Virus record (IMG/VR): IMGVR_UViG_3300037408_000637
Coordinates: 1 to 58,417 of that record
Source of the DNA: a virus
Taxonomy: Duplodnaviria > Caudoviricetes
Direction: 5' to 3' (one strand)
Length of the DNA stretch: 58,417 nt
In this document: positions 1 through 8,538 of the stretch, piece by piece
Layout of the letters: each line of letters opens with the position of its first letter
Position numbering within the stretch: position 1 is the first letter of the stretch
Translations under genes and position numbers: made by a program
Notes under the pieces: model-generated
Seen by the model: the letters and a program-made list of their open reading frames with translations, nothing else
Told to the model about the DNA's origin: nothing
Databases searched by the model: none

Positions 1-1
1 T

Positions 2-307
2 CTCGCTGTCGAAGTAGATCGCCACCATGTCCATGCCGTCCGGCGCCCCGCTCACCACGGCGAGGCGCAGATCCTCGGCGTAGGACCGCTCCTTGCCATG
101 CAACATCACGTCCGGCGCCCGCTGGCGCAGGCGGTCCCGCAGGAAGCCCGCCATCGTCACCAAGAAGAGGTAGCGCCCGCGCTCCACGCGCGCTGGCAAC
201 TTCGCCACCACCTCGTTGTAGGTCTCCACGGTATTGGCCAGGTTGAAACACGTCGGGGTCGGCGACATCGTCGAGAGGCGCGGACGCTGGAAGCGCAGCT
301 TCTTCAT
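2..307 (-). CDS. hypothetical protein, partial (runs off window start)
   Basis: Translated by hand from ATG at 307: MKKLRFQRPRLSTMSPTPTCFNLANTVETYNEVV...; open to position 2; same strand as neighbours. Confidence 0.6.
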   Translation of the reverse strand, partial: MKKLRFQRPRLSTMSPTPTCFNLANTVETYNEVVAKLPARVERGRYLFLVTMAGFLRDRLRQRAPDVMLHGKERSYAEDLRLAVVSGAPDGMDMVAIYFDSE

Positions 308-323
308 GTCACCCGCACGCGAA

Positions 324-701
324 TCACGATTCGCTCGCCGGGCGCACCACCTGGACGAGGTGCTCCTTCACGACGATGGGATCGCCGCTGCGACTGAGCA
401 TCCGACGCATCAAGGACTGGTGCGCGTCACAGCACCCCACGGTGCCCTTGCCCCCGATGCCCACCGCCATGTCGGCCTCGACCCCGCAGATGTAGCAGTA
501 CGACGCCAGGTGCGGACGCGGGCCCTTGTACAGCGGGAACGCCCGATCCTTCATGGGCCCCCCGCACTCCGTCTGCTGGCACCCCGGCGTCGCACCCTCG
601 CGCAACGTGACCCAGTGATGCTCGCACCACGCGCACACCGCGCTCAACCCATGATCGATCTCGCGCTGGATCAACTTCTCACTCAGCATGTCAACCTCCA
701 C
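324..701 (-). CDS. Cys-rich putative Zn-binding protein
   Basis: CAWC, CQQTEC, CYIC, CCDAH clusters; lies within the operon. Confidence 0.65.
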   Translation of the reverse strand: MEVDMLSEKLIQREIDHGLSAVCAWCEHHWVTLREGATPGCQQTECGGPMKDRAFPLYKGPRPHLASYCYICGVEADMAVGIGGKGTVGCCDAHQSLMRRMLSRSGDPIVVKEHLVQVVRPASES

Positions 702-712
702 CCGGACTATGG

Positions 713-1222
713 CTAGGACTTGCGTAGCTTCGCCACCACGGCCTTGGCAAATGCCTCGACCCGACTGGGGAACAACCGCACCTCATCCGCCACGCTGTCC
801 CCGAGGTAGATCCAAACGTAGGGCCACTCATGCCTGCCCTTGACGCTCACGTCCACCTTGGTCCCCTTGCCATCGAAGATGCCACTGGCCGCCTTGGTCG
901 CCTTGAACAGTTCTGGCCCCAGCTCTTCCCATGCGTCAGATCGCGAGATCGGCGATTGGAACTCCACGTGCATCTGCACGCCCTTGGGGAGATTCTGCAC
1001 GCCAATCATAGCCGGGATGCGCATCCCCTGTATGGTGATCGTCGCCGATGAGATGCCCCAGCCGTCGCTCGAAAACACATCCGTCTTGAAGCCCGCCTGG
1101 TCGAACTGACGCGCCAGCGCCTTCACCGCCTCGTTGCTCGCCGCGACCGCCTGCCTGTCCGTGATCGGCGACGCTTCCTCGCCCTCAACCAAGGACTCAA
1201 AGATCTGTCTCATCGTCGTCAT
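713..1222 (-). CDS. hypothetical protein (late region)
   Basis: Start re-called to MTTMRQIFESLVEGEE, 3 nt after the upstream stop. Confidence 0.65.
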   Translation of the reverse strand: MTTMRQIFESLVEGEEASPITDRQAVAASNEAVKALARQFDQAGFKTDVFSSDGWGISSATITIQGMRIPAMIGVQNLPKGVQMHVEFQSPISRSDAWEELGPELFKATKAASGIFDGKGTKVDVSVKGRHEWPYVWIYLGDSVADEVRLFPSRVEAFAKAVVAKLRKS

Positions 1223-1224
1223 GA

Positions 1225-1788
1225 TCAGCCCACCTTTCGTTCCGGTACGAACTTCGACCGGCGCTTGAGCATCAGCTTGAACCCCACGAATTGCGCCGAC
1301 CCCAGGATGTTCCCCGCCGACCCCGCGTTCACCACGTCCCACCACAGGTTGAACACGTAAATCACGTCCCCCTCCTTGGGGAGGCGCCCCGCAAAGGATC
1401 GCCCCTTCAAGGCCCCCTCCCAGTGGTCCACCGCGATGCAGCAGGTCGCATCATACTCGGCGACCTTGCCCTCCTCGCGCACGGACGGCTGGCGCCCCTC
1501 CGCCTCCTGGTACTCCACCGCACACGGGAACATCACCGGCGCTTCCCCCCGCGACACCTGGGGCGAGAAGTTCCACGACGTCGGGTGGTGCTGGTCCGCC
1601 CCGCGCGGATCGTGCCCCCCGTACAGCGGGTCGTTGTCCGGCTCGCCGTACAGCGGGTCCACGTTGCGGCCCCGATTGAGGGAGTAGTATTCGCAGGTCG
1701 GCCCCGACAGCGCGATGCGCTCTGCCTCCAGGGATCGGAAGTACGCTACCTCAGCGGGGCAGCAGGTGGGACCGTAGAGAGCGGTCAT
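1225..1788 (-). CDS. neck / head completion protein, T4 gp14-like
   Basis: YYSL...VDPLYGE and PKEGDVIY motifs typical of gp14-like proteins; near a gp13-like gene. Confidence 0.7.
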   Translation of the reverse strand: MTALYGPTCCPAEVAYFRSLEAERIALSGPTCEYYSLNRGRNVDPLYGEPDNDPLYGGHDPRGADQHHPTSWNFSPQVSRGEAPVMFPCAVEYQEAEGRQPSVREEGKVAEYDATCCIAVDHWEGALKGRSFAGRLPKEGDVIYVFNLWWDVVNAGSAGNILGSAQFVGFKLMLKRRSKFVPERKVG

Positions 1789-1791
1789 CGT

Positions 1792-2727
1792 CTACCTTCC
1801 GCGCAACCATCCCTCAGACAGGCGCGTCGTGATGCCGTACAGCGCCCGGCACTCATTGATGGTGATCAGGTCCGCGCGACTGAGCCCCTCTTTGACGCCC
1901 GGCATGAGGCGATCTCCGCCACGCTTCATCTGCTTCTGGATTGCCGAGAGCTTGCCTGCCACGGTGCGCCCGTCCCAACAGCGGATGTCCTTGCCCACAT
2001 GGCGAGCGGACCGGCCACACGGTAGCTTGGTGGCCACGAAGTGCAACTTCTTGCCCTTCTTCGAGGCCGCCAACTTCTTGCTGCCAGCCTCGGCGCCGTC
2101 CGACCACGACCCGCCGCCCTTGGTGCCTTCGCGTGTCGTGAAGTTGCCCTCTTTGTCATGGAACGGGTTGAACTTCACCCGGTTCGTCCGGGGCTCCGCA
2201 CTGCCGCGACTGCTCGCCGCCTTCTCCATGATCGCGTTCACGTCTTCCACGAGATCCGCCATGTCCGCGATGCTCTCCTCGGTGGCCTGCTCGTGATAGG
2301 ACAGCAATGCCATCTGGATGATCTCGGGCTTCTGCACCAGGACGCTCGGGGCGAAATGCACGCTGGTCTGGTGCTCGCTCATGTGGAGCTTCACCTCGCC
2401 CGGCGTGAGTAGCCCGGTCTCCAGCACGAAGTCGTACAAGTCCTGGGCATCCATGGCGGACTCGAAGTTGAACATGAGTTCGCCATCGCTCTCCTTGCCC
2501 TGCCACGCCCGCAGATCCTTGCGATCCGTCGACCGCGTCTTGGACAGCGGCACATGCTGCTGCGACACTGTCATCGCGTCCTCGGCGATGGCCCGCGCGG
2601 CCCCATGACGCAGCACCGCGTCCTGGCTCGTGTTCGGACGGATGCCCAGCATCCGCTGCTCGCTCTCCGAAAGGCACCCGGCGATCTCGGCCAACGACTC
2701 GTTCAACTGCCCTACGTGCTTGATCAT
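1792..2727 (-). CDS. hypothetical virion-associated protein
   Basis: Long ORF between neck genes; contains NPFHDKEGNFTT motif; start re-called to MIKHVG after GAGG RBS. Confidence 0.6.
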   Translation of the reverse strand: MIKHVGQLNESLAEIAGCLSESEQRMLGIRPNTSQDAVLRHGAARAIAEDAMTVSQQHVPLSKTRSTDRKDLRAWQGKESDGELMFNFESAMDAQDLYDFVLETGLLTPGEVKLHMSEHQTSVHFAPSVLVQKPEIIQMALLSYHEQATEESIADMADLVEDVNAIMEKAASSRGSAEPRTNRVKFNPFHDKEGNFTTREGTKGGGSWSDGAEAGSKKLAASKKGKKLHFVATKLPCGRSARHVGKDIRCWDGRTVAGKLSAIQKQMKRGGDRLMPGVKEGLSRADLITINECRALYGITTRLSEGWLRGR

Positions 2728-2738
2728 GCGGACCTCCT

Positions 2739-3467
2739 CTACGCAGTCCAAAACCCGACGGGCGACTGCAACTGACGGATTTTCTCTTCCAGTTCCTTCT
2801 CGCGCACATCGGCGTTCGCATACAACGAGTCGCCGTCCATGGAAAACGATCCGGTCGCGCTCGGCTTATCCGAATACTTCATGCGAATCATACCCAACGT
2901 CTTCATCGCCTGCACCATGGCATACTCGCGAAAAAGCCAGTATTCCGAGTTGCTCATGTAGGCCAGATCGACCCCCGTGGAAACGTACACCACGCCCACC
3001 CGGCTGCCGTTCAGGTTCGTGTTCAGCGGCGGGGTCACCATGAGGATGCGCCGGGCGCGATCCCACTCCCAGTCCAGGTCCGCACTCACTACGCGGTTGC
3101 CCATCTCCCGGTACTGCATCAACTGCACGAGCGCCGAATAGCCCCCGTACCCCGCGTAGACCCAGGTGTACGGATTCACCTCGACGTCGGCCCAGGAGAA
3201 CAGCCGCGTCAGGTCGTCATGCACCGGGAAGGTCACCTCGACCACGCAGTCCACGTCCGGCCCGATGCTCGCCTCGGGATACTCCGCCACGCCGGTCATC
3301 GGCAGGTAGATCATCTTCGCCTGCCCCACCCACGCGCGCCAGAAATCCTTCGCCATCTGGATGTTGACGTCCAACTGCTCGTCGGTGAGTTCCACGCAGA
3401 TCACGCCGTCGCCCAGGCGGCGCTTGATCCATACGCGCAGCTCCGCATCAGTCTGGACGTTCTGCAT
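2739..3467 (-). CDS. neck protein, T4 gp13-like
   Basis: N-terminal IKRRLGDGVICVELTDEQLD and C-terminal LGMIRMKY...MDGDSL match the gp13 pattern. Confidence 0.8.
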   Translation of the reverse strand: MQNVQTDAELRVWIKRRLGDGVICVELTDEQLDVNIQMAKDFWRAWVGQAKMIYLPMTGVAEYPEASIGPDVDCVVEVTFPVHDDLTRLFSWADVEVNPYTWVYAGYGGYSALVQLMQYREMGNRVVSADLDWEWDRARRILMVTPPLNTNLNGSRVGVVYVSTGVDLAYMSNSEYWLFREYAMVQAMKTLGMIRMKYSDKPSATGSFSMDGDSLYANADVREKELEEKIRQLQSPVGFWTA

Positions 3468-3471
3468 GGTG

Positions 3472-4149
3472 CTACTCTCCCGCCGCCTTCTTCCACTCCC
3501 GCGCGGACTTGCCCGTCAGGATGCGGTACACGGCGTTCTGCGCCTTCTGCACGACCCCGTGCAACTCGGCCTCGTTCACCCCGTTGCGCCGCAGCGCGCT
3601 CATCAGCGCCTGCCCCGTCTGCGCCAGGATGTAATTCATCTGGTCGTTGTCCAGTTTCTTGACGACCTTGATGGCCTTCTGGATATCCTGGGGCAACTTC
3701 TCCATGTCCACGGCTTCCCGGTCGTTCGCGACGGACTTCTCCGCCTCTGGATCCGGCGTGGCCTCGCCCTCTTCCCCGCCCTCGTCCTCCTCCGCTTCCT
3801 CGTCGTCCACCGGCTGCGCCCCCGCCGTCTGCTTGGACGTCCCCTGCTCCGCCACCAGGCCCAACCGAGCGCGCACCCGCGCGTCCGGATGCGCATCGGC
3901 CAGCAGGTTCACCATCACGGTGGGGGCCTCCGGCTCCTCCGGGAAGAATAGGAAGTACTCGGCCACGTAGAACTTGTGGCTCGTGCCGTCCTCGCGAATC
4001 GTCACGCCGAACGGCGTCATCGCACACACGTCGCCCCGCGCCACCAGTTGCCCCATGCGCGTGCGCACTTCGACCGTCTCCCCAATGCCAAGGCTGCCCG
4101 ACGGCACCGCCCCGTCCAGTCGTCGCTCGTGCGTGGCCATCGGACTCAC
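3472..4149 (-). CDS. hypothetical protein with acidic linker
   Basis: 225-aa ORF in the late operon, overlapping the upstream stop. Confidence 0.65.
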   Translation of the reverse strand: MSPMATHERRLDGAVPSGSLGIGETVEVRTRMGQLVARGDVCAMTPFGVTIREDGTSHKFYVAEYFLFFPEEPEAPTVMVNLLADAHPDARVRARLGLVAEQGTSKQTAGAQPVDDEEAEEDEGGEEGEATPDPEAEKSVANDREAVDMEKLPQDIQKAIKVVKKLDNDQMNYILAQTGQALMSALRRNGVNEAELHGVVQKAQNAVYRILTGKSAREWKKAAGE

Positions 4150-4523
4150 CGGCGTCCCCGGCGTGGGGGCCGCGCATCGGACTCCCCAGCCTCGGCCGCT
4201 GGCTCGGTCGCCGGTTCGGCCGCGCCCGGTTCCACCACCACCTCAGCCTGTACGAAAGCAGGCATGGGAGTCAGGATCTGTTGCTTTGGCGTCTCGACTG
4301 GCTCGGGTTTCGGGGGGCGCGGCGGATCCCCGGCCTCACGAATGCGCACCACCGTCCCGTCCTCGATCCAGGGGCCGAAGTCGAGATCGGTGTCCACCAC
4401 CTCGCCCGCCACGAACATGACGGTTTCGCCCTGGGGCAGCGGGGGCAGGCCCTCGCGCGGGATGAGCCGCACGCCGTCGATGGGTAAGCGGCTGATGCCG
4501 CGCTTCAATAGGTACTTCGCCAT
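4146..4523 (-). CDS. hypothetical protein, Pro/Ala/Glu-rich C-terminus
   Basis: GGAGG RBS before MAKYLL; promoter upstream. Confidence 0.65.
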   Translation of the reverse strand: MAKYLLKRGISRLPIDGVRLIPREGLPPLPQGETVMFVAGEVVDTDLDFGPWIEDGTVVRIREAGDPPRPPKPEPVETPKQQILTPMPAFVQAEVVVEPGAAEPATEPAAEAGESDARPPRRGRR

Positions 4524-4554
4524 GTCGTCACCTCCCAAAAGTGTCCTCCAGGAC

Positions 4555-4583
4555 ATCCTAGCTGGTTAAGGAACGCAGGTCAA
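4555..4583 (-). promoter_or_regulatory. sigma70-like promoter
   Basis: TTGACC-N17-TAGGAT upstream of the 4523 start. Confidence 0.6.
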
Positions 4584-4599
4584 AGGTGTTCGCATAGAC

Positions 4600-4680
4600 C
4601 TCCCGCCCGCAGGCGGGAGCGGAGACCAAACGGACTGGAGGGAGTACAGCCAACCGGGGGTCTCACCAATGGCAGGACTC
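4600..4680 (-). ncRNA. candidate small structured RNA (~80 nt)
   Basis: Lies between the promoter at 4685-4713 and a GC hairpin CTCCCGCC-N4-GGCGGGAG (4600-4619); internal GAGACC/GGTCTC stem; no ORF. Confidence 0.35.
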
Positions 4681-4684
4681 ACGG

Positions 4685-4713
4685 AGTATACCGCGTCCGC
4701 CCCGTCCCGTCAA
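4685..4713 (-). promoter_or_regulatory. strong sigma70-like promoter
   Basis: TTGACG-N17-TATACT. Confidence 0.7.
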
Positions 4714-4728
4714 AACTCTTCCCCCGTG

Positions 4729-5040
4729 TCAACTGGCGGCAGCCGCCTCGCACGCGCGCTTGAAGATCTCCAGCACCGTGGCCAGCGAGATCGCCCCGTT
4801 GTCCGGCACCACCCGCAGGAGGCTGATCGGCTGGGGCGACCGACCGTAGAGGCGCCCCTCCATCTGCCACTGCATGCCGGTCGGATCGTGGGACATGCGG
4901 AATTCGACGTGCCCCGCCCCCTGCCCCCACGAGGCGACGTAGTCCCCCTGGTCCGTCCGGCTCCAGTCAAGTCGCACGCGCCGGTCCGTCCGGGCGAACC
5001 CAGGTTCGCGTGCGTGACGCATGGTCAGGGTGTTTCCCAT
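4729..5040 (-). CDS. hypothetical protein (paralog of 40407-40676)
   Basis: Shares RL(D/E)W...HDP..MQW.M.GR..G...VPD...F.R.CE with 40407-40676; own promoter TTGACA-N18-TAGTTT at 5047-5076. Confidence 0.65.
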   Translation of the reverse strand: MGNTLTMRHAREPGFARTDRRVRLDWSRTDQGDYVASWGQGAGHVEFRMSHDPTGMQWQMEGRLYGRSPQPISLLRVVPDNGAISLATVLEIFKRACEAAAAS

Positions 5041-5126
5041 GCCGGAAAACTAGAACCAAGATCGCGCCCCTGTCAAACGGAATTCAACGCGCAGGATAGG
5101 GAGTCGCGCCCACTCCCCTTGATCCG

Positions 5127-6791
5127 TCAGACGCCAAGCGAATCGCACGCGATCTCCTCGCCGGGCGAACCCAGGTTCGCCTGCTTGCGCCGATACCGAG
5201 CAGCATCATAGACCCGCAGGCACGGCTTGCACGCCGCGCTCAGCCCATCCCATGACGCCTTCCGCTTCTGGAACTGAACCACGTCCAGAATCTGATCGCA
5301 CATGCTACACAGCTTCCGCCCCTCCGCCGCGTAGGGATTGCTCACCTTGAGGTGATCCTTGGGCTTGCTCCCCCCAATGTGCCCCGCCAGGGCCTCGCAC
5401 ACGTAGGCCCCGTCGTGCTTCGCCACGTTCCTGGCATAAGTGCGCGGTAGCACCGTGTGGTCCTTCTGGCAGTAGTCACAGTGGACGACCACCGAGGCTG
5501 CCTGCTCCTTCTGGTAGTGCCGCTCCCGGATCGCCTTGCGAGTACGCTGTTCGCGCTCCACATAAGTGGTATCCCCCTGCTGGCGCGATAAGTACTCGCG
5601 CGCCCATCCAATGATCCGTCCGTCCTCTCCCAGCATGCTATCCCGCTCCGTCCACACGCGAAAACCAACGCCAATGCTCACCGCATACATCGCCGTATCC
5701 GCAATCTGTGCGCGCGCTCGTGGCATATCCACCATGACCGATGGCTTGACCTCCCAGATCTCTTTGCGCCCGTCCCTCCGCTCGATCCACAGGTCTGGAG
5801 CACGCCACCGTCCCCTTGGTGTCTGAAATGCCTCGCAACGTCGGAAGGTTCGCACGTCTGGATCGCCCTCCAACTCGAACAGACACCGCAACTCGTAAGA
5901 CGATCCGAAGTACACCTCCCCGCCCGCCTTCTGCGAAGGAAAGTACCCCCGCATGTGGACGCCCCCACCGCTAATACCCGCCGCATTGGACCGCGCGGCC
6001 TGCTCCGAATTGTCCTGCCGTTGTGTCGGATGCGATGATGGTCGCAACGACAACACCCACCGCACCTTGCCCGCATCGTAACAACGCACCAACCCACGCG
6101 CCTGCGCCCAGGATCGCTCCGTCATCCCATCCGGACACCCGCTGGCCCGCTTCCGTTGGCTCTGCTTCGAGATACGCCGCCCATCCTGCACGTAAAAGTA
6201 GTCCGGTCGACACTGGGCATCGGCCACAAACCCCAAACGGTCGTATACCACCCCCGGCGTCAGACGGTTGTCGCTGAAGCTCAGGATCTCATCATAGCCA
6301 TGTGCCTCCGCCCAGGCACGCGCCCGATCCAACATCCGCGATGACCCACCGATCACCTGTACCCCATCTCGGAAGCACAACCGATCCAGCACGACCCGCC
6401 GCTCCTGGCCCTGTCGATGGTGCCGCCCCAGCGACAACACCCCGACCAACTCCGCCTCAACAAATAGGCCGAACACGACAAGGGCAAGATGATTCGCCCC
6501 CTGGATATGGAAGGCGTCCAGGAAGACCCGTGCCTCCCTCTTCTCCACCTCGCGCACCACACACTGACGCGCGCCCACCCGACGCTCAAACCGCCCCGCT
6601 CGCGCTCGCACAAACGCTTCACATGCCCCCCGCCGATCTGCCCACTCATCCGAGAACACATAGACACATCCCGGATCCACCATGATCCCGCTGGCCAGTC
6701 GCTCCACCACCTCGGGCTGCGCCAGATCCAGCACGACCAGACGCACGCCACGCCCAGTCAAGTCATTCCGTTTTGCAAGGGTGTTTTCCAT
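5127..6791 (-). CDS. putative homing endonuclease: Hef-like domain + TnsA-like PD-(D/E)xK nuclease + C-terminal Zn fingers
   Basis: ARQCVVREV...FLDAFHIQG...VIGGSSRML...SFSDNR...YDAGK (Hef-like); RGYFPSQK..SSYE...PDLWIE...EVKP (TnsA-N-like); CxxC pairs; start re-called to MENTLAK; codon style differs from the capsid gene. Confidence 0.7.
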   Translation of the reverse strand: MENTLAKRNDLTGRGVRLVVLDLAQPEVVERLASGIMVDPGCVYVFSDEWADRRGACEAFVRARAGRFERRVGARQCVVREVEKREARVFLDAFHIQGANHLALVVFGLFVEAELVGVLSLGRHHRQGQERRVVLDRLCFRDGVQVIGGSSRMLDRARAWAEAHGYDEILSFSDNRLTPGVVYDRLGFVADAQCRPDYFYVQDGRRISKQSQRKRASGCPDGMTERSWAQARGLVRCYDAGKVRWVLSLRPSSHPTQRQDNSEQAARSNAAGISGGGVHMRGYFPSQKAGGEVYFGSSYELRCLFELEGDPDVRTFRRCEAFQTPRGRWRAPDLWIERRDGRKEIWEVKPSVMVDMPRARAQIADTAMYAVSIGVGFRVWTERDSMLGEDGRIIGWAREYLSRQQGDTTYVEREQRTRKAIRERHYQKEQAASVVVHCDYCQKDHTVLPRTYARNVAKHDGAYVCEALAGHIGGSKPKDHLKVSNPYAAEGRKLCSMCDQILDVVQFQKRKASWDGLSAACKPCLRVYDAARYRRKQANLGSPGEEIACDSLGV

Positions 6792-6797
6792 TTTGCA

Positions 6798-6827
6798 AGG
6801 GTAGGATGGAATTGCAACCCATGTCAA
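6798..6827 (-). promoter_or_regulatory. promoter of the endonuclease gene, overlapped by a 12-bp direct repeat
   Basis: TTGACA-N18-TACCCT; TTTTGCAAGGGT at 6771-6782 and 6791-6802. Confidence 0.55.
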
Positions 6828-6907
6828 ATGGAATGGTGTGCCCAGGACGAAAGGGCGTGCCCACTGTCCGCAGGCACGCAAATGGCTGGAATGTCAGATG
6901 TTTACAA

Positions 6908-8518
6908 TCAGACGGTGGTCACGGCGGGGAGGCCGGAGCAGGTGATGACGCCGTAGTACTCCGGACGGAGCATCTTGGATGCATACCTGGTGCGGACGCC
7001 CTTGCGGAACGTGAAGTCGTTGGGATCCATGAAGGTCGGGGTGACCTGGAGCGGGATGTACGGGGCGTACACGAACCCGGCGTCCAGGAAGTTGTTGCCC
7101 TTGAGGCCGACGAGCACCTTGTTGGCGACCATGTAGGGGTCTTGGTAGACCGCAAAGCGCTTGAGCAGGGTGCCGACGCGGGCGATGCCGAAGTCCGAGG
7201 TGATCGGCCCGTAGGTCGGGGACTGGACGTTCTGCTCGATGCTGGCGTAGTCGCCGTGGGTCGAGAGCTGGTCGAGCAGGGCGCCGACGCTCGGGGACAC
7301 CACGATGAAGTTGGCCGGAGCGCGACCGGACGCGGTGTGGATGGAGGCCGCCACGGCGCTGATCTTGGTCATCAGGTTGCGGATGGTCTCGATCTCGCCC
7401 TGGGAACCGGCCGAGTACGAGTAGGTGTAGGTCGCGGCGAACTTGGCCTGGGTCACGAGGGCGTCCACGATCTCGCGGTCCGTCTCCAGCATGACCTCGT
7501 TGGCGAAGGTGCCGACCAGTTCGGTCTCGGCGTCCATGCCGTGCAGGGCACGCATGTCGTCGACGGCTTCCACGGACCAGCGGGCCTTCAGCTTGCGGCT
7601 CTCGGCCTTCACGGTGTGGAGGGCGATGTCCAGGCTGATGCTCGGGATCTCGGCGCCGCTGGTGTAGCCCACCTGCTCGAAGTTCACGAAGTACTGGGCG
7701 TAGATCACGGTGCTGGCGACGAAGGTCGACGCGACGCCGGTCTCGTCCTTGGCGTTGAGGGTCCAGGCTCCGGTGCCCACGACGAGCGTGCCCACGGTGG
7801 CCCCGTAGTTGTCCACGAGGTTGCTGGTCACGCCGGTCGGGTCGAGGGTGGCCACGATGTCGAGAGGAGCCGCACCGGCGTGGTCGAGCACGCGGTAGTA
7901 CAGCTTGGTGTAGAACGTGCGCTGGCCGTCCACGCCCGGGGCGCGCATGGGCTTCCACTCCGGCAGACGGCAGTTGGCGCCCACGTTCGAAAGAGAGGCC
8001 ACGGCGGTCGCCTGGGTGCAGATGACGTCGTAGTCCACGTACTCCGAGGAGTACATGCGGGCGAAGTTCTGGTTGATGTTGTCGCCTGCCGCCAACTGGC
8101 CGTCATAGGCCATGTTGTACGGGGCGTTGGTGACGCCGTACTGCGGGATCTTGGTGCCCTTGCGGTCGTCGTACTTCTTCTCGTAGTAGAAGATGCCGCC
8201 CACGGGGGAGGTCATCGGCTGCACCGAGACAAGCTGGTTCGCGATCAGGTTCGGGAACACGCGCCGGAGGACCGGGAACACGTACTTCGTGAACGCGCCC
8301 GCGTTGGTGCTGAGGGTGTCTTCCTGGAGAGACTTGATGTGATCCATCTCGTTCTCCATGATGATCGCCGTGCAGCGCCGGATGTAGTGGTCGTTGATCG
8401 GGTCGCGCCCGGTCATGGGCTGGAGGATCTTCGACCAGCGGGCTTCGCAGACCTTGCCGTAGGACTCGTCGAACACGGTCCGCTTGCCATTCTCTTCCAT
8501 CATGTTTCGAGCTTCCAT
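6908..8518 (-). CDS. major capsid protein, T4 gp23-like
   Basis: LRRVFPNLIANQLVSVQPMTSPVGGIFY, AESRKLKARWSVEA, ETDREIV, GFVYAPYIPL, F..RKGVRTRYA. Confidence 0.95.
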   Translation of the reverse strand: MEARNMMEENGKRTVFDESYGKVCEARWSKILQPMTGRDPINDHYIRRCTAIIMENEMDHIKSLQEDTLSTNAGAFTKYVFPVLRRVFPNLIANQLVSVQPMTSPVGGIFYYEKKYDDRKGTKIPQYGVTNAPYNMAYDGQLAAGDNINQNFARMYSSEYVDYDVICTQATAVASLSNVGANCRLPEWKPMRAPGVDGQRTFYTKLYYRVLDHAGAAPLDIVATLDPTGVTSNLVDNYGATVGTLVVGTGAWTLNAKDETGVASTFVASTVIYAQYFVNFEQVGYTSGAEIPSISLDIALHTVKAESRKLKARWSVEAVDDMRALHGMDAETELVGTFANEVMLETDREIVDALVTQAKFAATYTYSYSAGSQGEIETIRNLMTKISAVAASIHTASGRAPANFIVVSPSVGALLDQLSTHGDYASIEQNVQSPTYGPITSDFGIARVGTLLKRFAVYQDPYMVANKVLVGLKGNNFLDAGFVYAPYIPLQVTPTFMDPNDFTFRKGVRTRYASKMLRPEYYGVITCSGLPAVTTV

Positions 8519-8538
8519 TTGTTGTCTCCTTGGATCTG

